From Actinomycetota bacterium (GTDB taxonomy: Bacteria; Actinomycetota; Acidimicrobiia; IMCC26256; PALSA-610), in contig SXIR01000099.1 in assembly GCA_005772765.1 (NCBI GenBank), positions 3,214 through 67,213 on the forward strand: DNA of 64,000 bases, read 5' to 3'. How positions within the stretch are numbered: the stretch's first letter is position 1; each line of letters begins with the position of its first letter. The translations under genes and the position numbers were made by a program. A model generated the notes under the pieces. That model made no database searches. It saw only the letters and a list, made by a program, of their open reading frames with translations, and was not told the DNA's origin. Shown in pieces: positions 35,889-46,035 of the stretch.

Positions 35889-36797
35889 TCAGGCCAGGGT
35901 GGCCGCGACTTGGTCGAAGTGCTGTTCGTGGGACCCGAAGTGGGTGTCGAGCACCCACGCCCGCTTGAGCCAGAGGTGAACGTCGACCTCCCACGTGTAC
36001 CCCATGCCGCCGTGCACTTGGGTCGCGTCTTTGCCGTTGCGGATCGCCGCTTCGCCGGCCAGCGCCTTGGCGACGCTGATCGATCGCCGCAACCCGGGCA
36101 CATCCGTCGCGTCGAGATGCGCGCCGGCCTGGTACACCGCGGCGCGAGCGACTTCGGTCCGCACGGCCATGTCGGCAAGAAGATGTTTGATCGCTTGGAA
36201 TCCACCAATCGGGCGATCGAACTGTTGGCGTTCGAGCGCGTACGCGACCGACGTCGTCGTGAGGCGCTGCGCGATCCCCAGACACAACGCCGCGGTCAAC
36301 ACCGCGCCCCGATCGCGCCACGACTGCGCGTCGACGTTCGCGAGCGGCGAACCCGTCGGCATCGCCGAGAGACGCCAGACCGGCGAAAGCGGATCGAGCG
36401 GCCAGTCGAGTTCGACCGCGCCTGCAAGCAACGAAGACGCAGGGTCGGCCGTCACGGAGTCGAGACCGAGCACAAGAACTCGGTCGAGCCGATCCAGGTG
36501 CTCGACGATCGGCGCCGCGTCGTGGTCGATGGCCGCGGCCACCGAGCCGTCGCCGAGGAGGAACGACGCGACGATCGGGCCTGGCACGCAGAACTCGCCC
36601 AATTGTTCGAACACGACGGTCGCGTCCGCCCACGAGAACCCGTCGGCGATCAGGCTGAACACGCCCGCGTCGGCGAGTTCGGTGAACATTGCTCGATCGA
36701 AACCCTCGCGGATCCGTTCGGGACCAAACCGTCCGTCGAGCAGCGCACGGATCCCATCGCGCAGCGCGATCTGGTCGTCGTCAAGGTCGAGATTCAT
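35889..36797 (-). CDS. Acyl-CoA dehydrogenase family protein (short, beta-subunit-like)
   Basis: QFDRPIGGFQAIKH and GGMGYTWEVDVHLWLKR motifs. 302 aa. Confidence 0.85.
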   Translation of the reverse strand: MNLDLDDDQIALRDGIRALLDGRFGPERIREGFDRAMFTELADAGVFSLIADGFSWADATVVFEQLGEFCVPGPIVASFLLGDGSVAAAIDHDAAPIVEHLDRLDRVLVLGLDSVTADPASSLLAGAVELDWPLDPLSPVWRLSAMPTGSPLANVDAQSWRDRGAVLTAALCLGIAQRLTTTSVAYALERQQFDRPIGGFQAIKHLLADMAVRTEVARAAVYQAGAHLDATDVPGLRRSISVAKALAGEAAIRNGKDATQVHGGMGYTWEVDVHLWLKRAWVLDTHFGSHEQHFDQVAATLA

Positions 36798-36834
36798 GGC
36801 AGGTCGACAGTCATGGGCGATCGAGGTTCATGGC

Positions 36835-38010
36835 TCAGCGAGGCTCTCGGGGCAGTCCGAGCACTCGCTCGGAGATGATGTTGCGTTGGATCTGGCTCGC
36901 GCCCGCTGCGATCGTGAGCGACTGGGTCCGTAAACGCTCCTCCACGAGCTCGTTGCCCGCGATCGATAGCGCCTCGCGTTCGAGCACGCGGAGGCACAAC
37001 TCACCGAATCGCTGCCGCGCCTCGCTGTACGCGAGCTTGATCATCATGGCGCCGGGTCCGGGGACTCCGCGCTCCGACTGGCTCACGTTGCGCTTCGTCA
37101 ACGACCACAGCGCGTCGAAGTCGGCGAGGCTACGGCCGAGCTCGCGTCGCGCAACCGGGTCGTGCACCAACGCAGCGAGATCGCCGCAGAGCCGCAATGA
37201 GTCGATGAGTTCGCTCACGAATGCGGTGCCGCGCTCGTACTTGAGCGTGACGTTCGTGACGCGCCAGCCATCGTTCTCGGCCCCGACCCGGTTTGTGACC
37301 GGAACCCGCACGTCGGTGAGAAACACTTCGCAGAACTCCGAGCTACCCAGCGTGGTCTTGATGGGACGAATCTCGATCCCGGGAAGGTCCATCGGCAGAA
37401 TCAGCCACGAGATGCCGCGGTGCTTCGAGGCCTCGGGATCGGTTCGCACCAAGAACTCGCCGACGTCGGCAATGTGCCCGAAGCTGCACCAGATCTTCTG
37501 CCCGTTCAAGACATAGTCGTCGCCGTCGCGCTCGGCGCGCGTCCGTAACGCCGCGAGGTCGCTGCCCGCATTCGGCTCACTGAACCCCTGGCACCACACC
37601 TCGTCGCCCGCGAGGATGCGGGGCAGGTGGGTGGCCTTCTGCTCCGGCGTACCTTCCTCGACGAGGGTCGGTCCGGCGTGCAAGGTCCCGACGAAGTTGA
37701 CCCCGACGTAGGGCGCCTTCGCCTTGGTCGTTTCCTCGAAGAAGATCAGTTGCTCGGTCGGCGTTCGGTCGGCTCCGCCGTACTCCTTCGGCCAGTTCAA
37801 TCCGGCGTAGCCACCATCGAAGAGCCGCTTTTGCCAGTCGGTGTCGAACCGTCGACGCGCGGGCCAATCCTCGCGGTGCGGCATCTCGGGCAACTTCGGC
37901 AGTTCGCGAACGAGCCACTCGGCGAGTTCGGACCGAAACGCTTCGTCGGCGTCGGAGGCGCGCAGCTCCACGGACGGGAGGCTAACGACCGGCCCCTGGG
38001 GCGGCCGCAT
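36835..38010 (-). CDS. Acyl-CoA dehydrogenase family protein (alpha-subunit-like)
   Basis: CQGFSEPNAGSDLA and GASQIQRNIISERVLGLP motifs. ATG 38010 overlaps the upstream gene by 29 bp. An alternative GTG start is at 37971. Confidence 0.85.
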   Translation of the reverse strand: MRPPQGPVVSLPSVELRASDADEAFRSELAEWLVRELPKLPEMPHREDWPARRRFDTDWQKRLFDGGYAGLNWPKEYGGADRTPTEQLIFFEETTKAKAPYVGVNFVGTLHAGPTLVEEGTPEQKATHLPRILAGDEVWCQGFSEPNAGSDLAALRTRAERDGDDYVLNGQKIWCSFGHIADVGEFLVRTDPEASKHRGISWLILPMDLPGIEIRPIKTTLGSSEFCEVFLTDVRVPVTNRVGAENDGWRVTNVTLKYERGTAFVSELIDSLRLCGDLAALVHDPVARRELGRSLADFDALWSLTKRNVSQSERGVPGPGAMMIKLAYSEARQRFGELCLRVLEREALSIAGNELVEERLRTQSLTIAAGASQIQRNIISERVLGLPREPR

Positions 38011-39700
38011 CGTTCGCCACGGCGCCCAGGGCGTGCAACGAACCGCCGACGTCGGGGAGCTCGATGTCGATCGCGGTGAACTCGATCGACCCTCCGAGTC
38101 GCGGCGTCGTGTACAGCGGCGTCGACGCGACGAGCTGGAGCACGAGCGATCCACCGTCGTCGGGCGCGTGCCACGCCACCGCCTCGAGGTCGACCGCCAG
38201 CTCATGATCGTCGCCATCGAGCACGACCGCGATCGGCGTGATCTGTCCTCCGACCACCGCGCCCGACACCGGATCGACGAGTTGCGCGAACACCCGAGTC
38301 GGCCGAGCGCCGGCCTCGGGGGTATCCGCTCGTCCGCGATAGCGCAGGCGAAGCCGCGGTCGACCGACGATGAGCGCGTCGGGAGCAACCTCGACGTCGG
38401 CTTCGAGGGTGTGTGGGCTCGCAACGAGCGCGGGCGTGATCAAGCGCATGACGTTCGCCATCCCGGCCGCGGTCGAATCGTCGGCGGCGGGTGGACCGGC
38501 ACGGCTCGCGGCGACGAGCGCCAGCGTTCCGGCGCCGCTCCCCCGCGCCGAGGCGCGCACCGGCAGCGGCCACGTATCGCTCGACCAATGAGCCCCGGTT
38601 TGATCCACGGTGGTGAACAGTTCGCCGGGTCGTGCGTCGATGCGCCGCACGTGGCGGTCGAGCCAGGCGACCACACGCTCGGCAACCCACGCGTCGTCAC
38701 GGCCCGTCGGACACACCCCATGTCCTCCGCAGTACCAGACCATGGCGGCGGGCCCGCCGCCCGCGCGCACCCGCTCGAAGACGCGGATCGCATCGTCGAG
38801 CGTGAACAGCGTGTCGACAGTTCCTTGCACGACCAACGTCGGCGCCTCGATCGCGTCGACGAGTGCACCCGGACCCAGCGAGTCCAGGTACGTGAGCTCG
38901 CCTGCACCCAGCACACCATCGTCGTTGGCGATCTCCGCGATCGTCAGCAGTTCCGGGGCCAGTGTCGCGTCGGTCGACGACACGAGCAGGTTGATCCACC
39001 CGACCTTCGTCGTGTCGTCTTTGGCGAGGCTGTTGCGCCACGTCGAGGTGACCATGTTCGGCGCGATCGCATCGACCCGACAATCGATCGCCGCGGCGAC
39101 AAGCTGGATTCCCGCTCCGTACGAACCGCCGAACATACCGAGCCGTGGATCACGGGCGCCGTCGAGGACCACCTCGGGACGCGTCGCAATCCAGTCGACG
39201 ATCGCGATGACGTCGCCGCCTTCGATCGCCGGATCGCCGAGCGCAACGACCCCGTCGGATGCGCCGAACCCGCGACGATCCCACGTGACGACGTTGTACC
39301 CGCGCCGCGTAAGTGCGTCGATCGCCAACGAGCCCGCGAACGCTTCGCTCGGTGTGTCGAGGGTTGCGCCGAGGCTGGCCCACCCCGGACTGACGAGCAA
39401 CGTCGGCGCGGGCACCCGCACCGCGGGAACGAAGTTCACGCGCAGTCGGACGTCGTCGTGGGACATGAGATCGTACGAATCACGATCGACCGCCGTGACG
39501 TTGGCGCCGGGAGCGCCACCGCGTGCGGGCGGCGGCGGACACGAACGCGCCTCGGGGAGCTCCGCGATGGTGGTCGATGGTGCGCCGGTGACCTCGTCGT
39601 CGTCGGTGGTCGATCCAGCACCGCGTGGCTCCGACGAACACGCGCCGAGCCCCAGCAGTCCGGCGACGACCCCCGCGACGACGGAGCGTGGGGTCAACAC
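37982..39700 (-). CDS. CocE/NonD (S15 X-Pro dipeptidyl-peptidase-like) family hydrolase, lipoprotein
   Basis: GTG at 39700 overlaps the upstream stop (GTGTTGA). Lipobox LLGLGACSS. GGSYGA nucleophile elbow. Confidence 0.8.
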   Translation of the reverse strand: MLTPRSVVAGVVAGLLGLGACSSEPRGAGSTTDDDEVTGAPSTTIAELPEARSCPPPPARGGAPGANVTAVDRDSYDLMSHDDVRLRVNFVPAVRVPAPTLLVSPGWASLGATLDTPSEAFAGSLAIDALTRRGYNVVTWDRRGFGASDGVVALGDPAIEGGDVIAIVDWIATRPEVVLDGARDPRLGMFGGSYGAGIQLVAAAIDCRVDAIAPNMVTSTWRNSLAKDDTTKVGWINLLVSSTDATLAPELLTIAEIANDDGVLGAGELTYLDSLGPGALVDAIEAPTLVVQGTVDTLFTLDDAIRVFERVRAGGGPAAMVWYCGGHGVCPTGRDDAWVAERVVAWLDRHVRRIDARPGELFTTVDQTGAHWSSDTWPLPVRASARGSGAGTLALVAASRAGPPAADDSTAAGMANVMRLITPALVASPHTLEADVEVAPDALIVGRPRLRLRYRGRADTPEAGARPTRVFAQLVDPVSGAVVGGQITPIAVVLDGDDHELAVDLEAVAWHAPDDGGSLVLQLVASTPLYTTPRLGGSIEFTAIDIELPDVGGSLHALGAVANDAAAPGAGR

Positions 39701-41310
39701 TCCGTTTCGGCGCGCTCGGGATCGACCAGGAACTCGACGATCAACGCATCGACACACGAATCACCGGCACCGAACGCCGTGTGCTGGTTGCTCTCGGCCA
39801 CGAGGAGCGGCGCGGCGAGCTGTTCGGCCAAACCTTCGGCCCACTCGATCGGCGTCGCCGGGTCACCGTCGGTGGCGGTGACGAGAATCGGCGTCCCAGC
39901 GGCAACCTCGATACGACGGGGCGCCGCGGCCGGGTCGGGTTCGACCGGCCAGTACACGCACGGCAAACCGAGCCAGGCGTTCGCTGCGCCCAGGAAGGGC
40001 GCATCTGCCGTGAGGTCGTCGCCGAGGTCCCGAACCGAATCCAGCGTCGGGCGCAGCGAGTCGACGCAGCCAATTGCGTAGAAGGCCGCCATCGACCCGT
40101 CGTAGTCGTTGTCGTCGATCCGGCCGGTGTACAGATCGGCAAACTCGAGCAACTGCGACCCGTCGCCCTGCGCGGCTTCGGCCAACGCCTTCGCCAAGAA
40201 TTCATAGGCCGCATCGCCTGAGTAGAGCGCAACGGCGACGCCGAGGTCGGCCTCCCCCGGACCCAGTCCGCGTTCCGACCCGCCTGCGTCGGCGTACAAC
40301 CGTTCGGCGTCGATCTGGGCCATCAGGCGACGGAAGCCATCACGCGGATCGGCGGGCGAGAACTCGCACTCGTCCTCCTCGCACCATGCGAAGAAGGCTT
40401 CGCGCGCGCGCTCGAAGCCAATGCTCTGCTGTGTCGTCGTCGCCGCCGGTTCGAGGCTCGGATCAACCGGACCGTCGAGCACCAACGCTCGCACTCGTTC
40501 GGGGTGAGCCTCCGCGTAGCGGACCCCGAGGTAGGTGCCGTAGCTGAACCCGAGATAGGTCAACCCGTCGTCGCCGAGCGCGGCCCGGATGGCGTCCATG
40601 TCCTCGACGGTCTGGGTGGTGGACAGGAACGGCAACAGATCGCCGTGCTTCGCCGCGCAATCAGCCGCGAAACGCTCGGCGGCTTCGACGTTGTCGGCTT
40701 CTTCGGCTGCGGTGTCGGGCGACTTGTCGGTTGCGAAGAAACCATCGAGGTCCTCACCGCAATCGACGGCAGTGCTCGCTCCGGTGCCCCGCGGATCCCA
40801 TCCGACGAGGTCGAACCGATCGAGGACCTCGTCGGGAAACTGCGACTCGAGCGCCTCGGGAAGGTCGCGACCGGCCGCGCCGGGCCCGCCCGGATTCAGG
40901 AGGATCGCGCCGACGCGTTCGTCGGGCTTCTCGGCTGGACGCATCGCCAACGCCAGCGTGATCGTGTCGTTGGGCTCGTCGCCGAAATGGTCGCGCGGAA
41001 CTTCGAGCTCCCCGCACTGCAAACCGCCGCAGTCGTCCCACTCGATCGCGCTCGACGCGGAGCCCTGGTCGGTCGTGCTCGGCGAGCCGTCGTCCGGCGA
41101 CGTCGTCGGGGCGTCGGGATCATTTCCGGTGTCACGTCGACTGCTCGTGCCATCACGACCGTCGATCGTGTCGCCGGACGAACACGCACTGACCAGCACG
41201 AGCGCCGCGGCCATCGCGGCGAGACGCCGAACCCGGGTGTCGCCCCAAGTTCGCGCGCGGGCGTTGGGCGTAGTGGAGCGTTCGGGCACCGCCGAGGTCG
41301 AGGAATGCAT
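39694..41310 (-). CDS. Alpha/beta hydrolase, tripeptidyl-aminopeptidase (S33 TAP)-like, lipoprotein
   Basis: Lipobox LVLVSACSS. LNPGGPGAAG and GFSYGT motifs. Confidence 0.8.
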   Translation of the reverse strand: MHSSTSAVPERSTTPNARARTWGDTRVRRLAAMAAALVLVSACSSGDTIDGRDGTSSRRDTGNDPDAPTTSPDDGSPSTTDQGSASSAIEWDDCGGLQCGELEVPRDHFGDEPNDTITLALAMRPAEKPDERVGAILLNPGGPGAAGRDLPEALESQFPDEVLDRFDLVGWDPRGTGASTAVDCGEDLDGFFATDKSPDTAAEEADNVEAAERFAADCAAKHGDLLPFLSTTQTVEDMDAIRAALGDDGLTYLGFSYGTYLGVRYAEAHPERVRALVLDGPVDPSLEPAATTTQQSIGFERAREAFFAWCEEDECEFSPADPRDGFRRLMAQIDAERLYADAGGSERGLGPGEADLGVAVALYSGDAAYEFLAKALAEAAQGDGSQLLEFADLYTGRIDDNDYDGSMAAFYAIGCVDSLRPTLDSVRDLGDDLTADAPFLGAANAWLGLPCVYWPVEPDPAAAPRRIEVAAGTPILVTATDGDPATPIEWAEGLAEQLAAPLLVAESNQHTAFGAGDSCVDALIVEFLVDPERAETEC

Positions 41311-41363
41311 CCGGTGAGCCTAGGTACGACGCCGGGCCGGGTTGCGTCGTACGCTCCGCGGTC

Positions 41364-41852
41364 GTGTTTCGCCTGACCAGCCGGGTCGAACCGGACTTCC
41401 TGTGGGCCATGCTCTACGAGGCAGTGTTCTGGCGCGACCTCGGCGAAGAGGAACGTCCGCCGCTCGCCGAGTTGCGCGAGCAGCGATGGTTTGCGCGCTA
41501 CGTCGACGGATGGGGCCGTGCGGGCGACACCGCACTCGTGGCGCTCGACCGCAACAACGAAGGCGTCGGTGCGGCGTGGTACCGCACGTTCGCTCCCGAC
41601 GATGCCGGGTTCGGCTTCATCGATGCCGACATCCCCGAGATCTCGATCGGCGTGTACGGAGAGTTCCGCGGTCGGGGTGTCGGCTCGTTGTTACTCGGAT
41701 CGCTCATCGTGCGTGCCCGCGCGCACGATCTTCCTGCGCTGTCATTGTCGGTTGCGGCCGAGAACCCCGCCCGACGCTTGTACGAACGACTCGGGTTCGT
41801 TGACGTCGCCGACGGCGACGGCTCGATCACCATGCGATTGGACCTCCAGTGA
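41364..41852 (+). CDS. GNAT family N-acetyltransferase
   Basis: Acetyl-CoA-binding motif FRGRGVGSLLL and ARRLYERLGF. Confidence 0.85.
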   Translation: MFRLTSRVEPDFLWAMLYEAVFWRDLGEEERPPLAELREQRWFARYVDGWGRAGDTALVALDRNNEGVGAAWYRTFAPDDAGFGFIDADIPEISIGVYGEFRGRGVGSLLLGSLIVRARAHDLPALSLSVAAENPARRLYERLGFVDVADGDGSITMRLDLQ

Positions 41853-42436
41853 CAGACCTCGACCTCGAGCAGCCGAACTCGACCGGTCGCACCGCAACGC
41901 GCGGCAATCGAGTCGCACTGGCCGTCATCGGCGTCGGGTTTCTCGCGGTGTTCGCCGCGCTCATCGGCGGGTTCGCGATCGGACGGTCGGCCGAACCCAT
42001 CGGCGACGCCGGACCCGCCGTCCAAGACGCGTGCGTGCGCGCCCACGGGGACCTCAAGGCCTTCGGACCGATTCCTGACGACGCCGACGAGATCGCGCTC
42101 GCCGATCGAGTCGACCGCGAAACCACACGGTTGCGCGAGATGCTCGACGAGATCCGGGTTGCCGACGCTGGCAACGCCGCAGGGCAGGCCGCGCTGAACG
42201 GCTGGATCGCCGATTGGGATCGTTTGCTCGACGCGCGCGACGCCGCGTCGGCGAAGGTCCGCGGCGGCGAAATTCCCGACACATGGCTCCCGCCTGCCGT
42301 CGACGGCAAGGTCGAGGGGATCGACGGACGAATGGACGAATACGCGCGCCGTGAGATCCTGACGGCGTGCACGACCGACGTACTCGAGGCCGACAACCTC
42401 GACGGAATCCGCACCTACCGAAGCATCGAGGAGTAG
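41849..42436 (+). CDS. Hypothetical membrane-anchored protein
   Basis: GTGA overlap with the GNAT stop. TM segment VALAVIGVGFLAVFAALIGGFAI. Confidence 0.6.
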   Translation: MTDLDLEQPNSTGRTATRGNRVALAVIGVGFLAVFAALIGGFAIGRSAEPIGDAGPAVQDACVRAHGDLKAFGPIPDDADEIALADRVDRETTRLREMLDEIRVADAGNAAGQAALNGWIADWDRLLDARDAASAKVRGGEIPDTWLPPAVDGKVEGIDGRMDEYARREILTACTTDVLEADNLDGIRTYRSIEE

Positions 42437-42443
42437 CACGAAC

Positions 42444-43211
42444 ATGGCACGTCTCGACGAGAAGGTCGCAGTCATCACGGGCGGCGCAAGCGGGATGGGC
42501 AAGGTCGCCTCCGAGCGGTTCGTGGCCGAAGGCGCTCGCGTTGTCGTCGTCGACTTCGACGAAGCCGGAGGACGGGCGGTCGCCGACGCACTCGGCGATC
42601 GGGCGACCTTCGTGCGCGCCGACGTCTCGAACGAGGCCGACTGCCAGGCGATGGTCGCCCACGCGATGTCGACCTTCGGCGCGTTGCACGTGCTCTACAA
42701 CAACGCGGGCGTGTTTCCCAACGACGACGGTGGTGTGCTCGAGACGCCGGAGTCGACCTGGGATCGAGTGATGGAGATCAACCTCAAAGGCGTCTGGCTG
42801 GGGTGTCGCGCGGGTATCCCAGCGATGGTCGAATCCGGTGGCGGCTCGATCGTCAACGTCGCGTCGTTCGTCGCGCTCATGGGTGCCGCAACCGCGCAGA
42901 TTGCGTACACGTCGTCAAAGGGCGGCGTCCTCGCAATGACTCGCGAGATCGCGGTCGAGTGGGGCCGGCGTGGCATTCGGGCGAACTCTTTGTGTCCCGG
43001 CCCGGTCGACACTCCCCTGCTCGCCGAACTCATGAGCGATCCCGCTCGCAAGGCCCGCCGGCTCGTGCACATCCCGATGGGGCGGCTCGCTCAGGCCCAC
43101 GAGATCGTGAACGCTGCGTTGTTCCTGGCGTCCGACGAAGCGAGCTACATCACCGGCAGCCAGCTCGTCGTCGACGGTGGCATCACCGCGGCCTACGTCA
43201 CGCCTGAATAG
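42444..43211 (+). CDS. SDR family oxidoreductase
   Basis: TGGASGMG, NNAG, YTSSK motifs. Confidence 0.9.
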   Translation: MARLDEKVAVITGGASGMGKVASERFVAEGARVVVVDFDEAGGRAVADALGDRATFVRADVSNEADCQAMVAHAMSTFGALHVLYNNAGVFPNDDGGVLETPESTWDRVMEINLKGVWLGCRAGIPAMVESGGGSIVNVASFVALMGAATAQIAYTSSKGGVLAMTREIAVEWGRRGIRANSLCPGPVDTPLLAELMSDPARKARRLVHIPMGRLAQAHEIVNAALFLASDEASYITGSQLVVDGGITAAYVTPE

Positions 43212-43427
43212 CGCATCTCGCGTCCCTCCGGGACCCTCGGCCGTCGCCGGACGACGACTACCGCGCGGTAACTCTGCTGATCGACCGAGCTTTCTTCGCG
43301 TTCGGTCGGCCACCCAACGCGACACGTCGTCCAAAAAGGCCGGGGATGCGTGACAGGCCGCCGGGCGCCGTGTCACAGTGCCCGTGCAGCACCACCTTCA
43401 ATCGGCATACGAGCACGGGGGTTCTCG

Positions 43428-45104
43428 ATGACCGCTTCTCACGACGCTGACCGCCAGCGCCTCCACGAACTGGGTTATGCCCAAGAGTTGAACCGCAGGA
43501 TGGGTTGGTTCTCCAACTTCGCCATCAGCTTCTCGATCATCAGCATCCTTGCGGGCGGAACGACGACGTACTACCTCGCGGGCTTTGCCGGCGGGCCCCG
43601 CATGATCACGCTGGGATGGATCATCGTCGGCTTCTTCGCGCTGCTCGTCGGCATGGCAATGGCTGAGATCGTGTCGGTGTATCCCACCGCGGGCGGCCTC
43701 TACTACTGGTCGAGCAAACTCGCACGGAAAAACGGTGCGATGTGGAGTTGGTTCACCGGGTGGTTCAACCTGATCGGTCAGATCGGTGTCATCGCCTCGG
43801 TCGACTATGCGCTCGCACTGTTCACGCTCTACCTCTACAAGTTGTTCGAGAACGACTTCGTGATCACGAAGTACTGGGCCTTCCTCGTCTTTGCCGTCAT
43901 GCTCGGACTGCACGGCCTGATCAACTCTGCCGGCGTCAACGTTGTCAAGAAACTCGGCGACATCAGTGTTTGGTGGCATGTCGTCGGCGTCTTGGTGATC
44001 TTCGTGCTGCTCCTGGTCGCTCCGGACAACCGCGAGGGATTCGGATTCATCTTCGACTACAACAACGGAACCGGCTGGACGAACAACGGCGGATCGAGCT
44101 TTCTGCCGGGGCTCTACGCCTGCATGATCGGGTTACTCCTTGCGCAGTACACCATCACCGGATTCGACGCGTCGGCGCACGTCAGTGAGGAGACCCACGA
44201 TGCTGGGCGCAGCGCGTCGATTGCCATTGTGCGTTCGATCTACGTCTCGGCAATCGCGGCGCTGATCCTCAACATCGCAATGCTGCAGGCGACACCGAAG
44301 GGGCAGTTCAGCAACCTCATCCTCGGCGTCGACGGCTTCTACGCAACCGGAGGCGCGAATGCGCTCGCCGTCCCGCTCGGTGGCATCGGAGCGAAGTTGC
44401 TCATCGCGATCTGTGTCGTCGGTCAGTTCTTCTGTGGCATGGCGTCGGTGACCGCCAACTCCCGCATGATCTACGCATTCTCCCGGGACGGCGCAATGCC
44501 CGGACACAAGTTGTGGCACCGCATCAACCCGCGCACCCGCACGCCAACGAACTCGATCTGGCTCGGGTGCGGACTTTCGCTCGCCGTCGGGGCGCTGTCG
44601 CTTTACCAGGCGAACGACTACTCCGTGGCGTTCTTCGCGATGACGGGGATGTGCGTCGTCGGGCTGTACATCGCGTACGTCATCCCGATCTACCTTCGGC
44701 TCACAAACCCTGACTTCAAACAAGGCGAGTGGAACCTCGGCAACTACAGCAAGCTCGTGGGTTGGACCTCGGTTGCTTGGGTCGGCTTCATCACGATCTT
44801 GTTCTTCGCACCCCCGTTCTGGCCCTTCTGGCCGATCGGCGGGAGCACCGACTTCGACGGCGTTCCCTTCTACCACCTGTCCAACGTGAACTTCACCGGT
44901 CCGATCATCATCGGACTGTTCGCCGTCGTCGGCGTGTGGTGGTTGGTCTCGGCGAAGAAGTGGTTCAAGGGGCCGCAGGTGCAGGGAACTCCTGACGAGC
45001 TTCGCCTGATCGAGGACGCGCTCGAACGCGGTGACGTTTCGACGTTCCGGAAACTCGAAGACGCCGAGGACGCACGAGTCACCGAGCGGCAGCACGGCCA
45101 CTGA
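43428..45104 (+). CDS. APC-superfamily amino acid/amine permease
   Basis: ATG at 43428 (residue 27 of the ORF). About 12 TM segments. FSNFAISFSIISILAG and AEIVSVYPTAGGLYYW motifs. Confidence 0.9.
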   Translation: MTASHDADRQRLHELGYAQELNRRMGWFSNFAISFSIISILAGGTTTYYLAGFAGGPRMITLGWIIVGFFALLVGMAMAEIVSVYPTAGGLYYWSSKLARKNGAMWSWFTGWFNLIGQIGVIASVDYALALFTLYLYKLFENDFVITKYWAFLVFAVMLGLHGLINSAGVNVVKKLGDISVWWHVVGVLVIFVLLLVAPDNREGFGFIFDYNNGTGWTNNGGSSFLPGLYACMIGLLLAQYTITGFDASAHVSEETHDAGRSASIAIVRSIYVSAIAALILNIAMLQATPKGQFSNLILGVDGFYATGGANALAVPLGGIGAKLLIAICVVGQFFCGMASVTANSRMIYAFSRDGAMPGHKLWHRINPRTRTPTNSIWLGCGLSLAVGALSLYQANDYSVAFFAMTGMCVVGLYIAYVIPIYLRLTNPDFKQGEWNLGNYSKLVGWTSVAWVGFITILFFAPPFWPFWPIGGSTDFDGVPFYHLSNVNFTGPIIIGLFAVVGVWWLVSAKKWFKGPQVQGTPDELRLIEDALERGDVSTFRKLEDAEDARVTERQHGH

Positions 45105-45111
45105 CGCGTCG

Positions 45112-46035
45112 TTGAGCACTTCCGAGTTTGCATCACTTCTCGCACGTGTGCCCGGCTGGAACGGCCGGGCACACGTCGTGCGTGCACTCGACGGAGGAAT
45201 CACGAACCGAAATCTGTTGATCGCAGTCGGCGAACAACATCACGTGTTCCGGGTCGCGGGCAACGACACGAACCTGCTCGAGATCCGTCGCGACGTCGAG
45301 CACCAAGCCGCCACCCGGGCCGCAAGGCTCGGCATCGCGCCGCCCGTGACCGCATTCCTCGAACCCGAGGGTTATCTCGTCACCGAGTTCGTGACGGCGC
45401 AGGCCCTTTCCTCCGACGAGATGCGCCAGACCGATCGAATCCGTCAGATCGCGGCGCTCCTGCGCACCTTCCACGCCACTGCGCCGCTCGCCGGCGACTT
45501 CGATGCGTTCGCCGTGCCCCACCTGCACGCGGCCGCAGCCCAGTCCCGAGGCGTCGAGGTTCCCGAACCCGATTTCGTCAAGGCGACGGAAGCGGCAGAA
45601 CGGATCCGGCACGCGTTCGCCGCGTCGCCCGAAGGCCACCGTCCATGTCACAACGACCTACTCAATGCGAACTTCCTCGTCGACGGGGCGCGCATCTGGT
45701 TGCTCGACTGGGAGTACGCCGGGAACAACGATCGCTACTTCGATCTCGGCAATCTCTGCGTGAACAACAGTTTCGACGAGGCGGAGCGAGACGAACTCCT
45801 CACCGCGTACTTCGGCTCGGCATCGGTCCGGCGTCGTGCCAGACTCCGGCTGATGATGATCATGAGCGACTTTCGCGAGGCGATGTGGGCGGTGGTCCAG
45901 CAAGGCATCAGCACCCTCGACTTCGACTACCGGGCCTATGCGGCCCGGCACTTCGACCGCCTGCACGGCGCGGTCGCCGACGCCGAGTTCGAGTCGTGGC
46001 TGGTCGCGGCGACGGCGGGTGAACCCGATGCGTGA
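45112..46035 (+). CDS. Choline/ethanolamine-kinase-family phosphotransferase
   Basis: TTG at 45112, 7 nt after the permease stop. Brenner motif HNDLLNANFL and LDWEYAGNND. Confidence 0.8.
   Translation: MSTSEFASLLARVPGWNGRAHVVRALDGGITNRNLLIAVGEQHHVFRVAGNDTNLLEIRRDVEHQAATRAARLGIAPPVTAFLEPEGYLVTEFVTAQALSSDEMRQTDRIRQIAALLRTFHATAPLAGDFDAFAVPHLHAAAAQSRGVEVPEPDFVKATEAAERIRHAFAASPEGHRPCHNDLLNANFLVDGARIWLLDWEYAGNNDRYFDLGNLCVNNSFDEAERDELLTAYFGSASVRRRARLRLMMIMSDFREAMWAVVQQGISTLDFDYRAYAARHFDRLHGAVADAEFESWLVAATAGEPDA

Noticed and set aside
43212-43427. The 216-nt leader upstream of the APC permease as a possible riboswitch (glycine, guanidine or similar)
   Set aside because: It contains only short hairpins (CGACCGA...TCGGTCG, GTGACA...TGTCAC). 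I could not recognise any riboswitch core consensus. It is left as an ordinary promoter/5' UTR pending a covariance-model scan.
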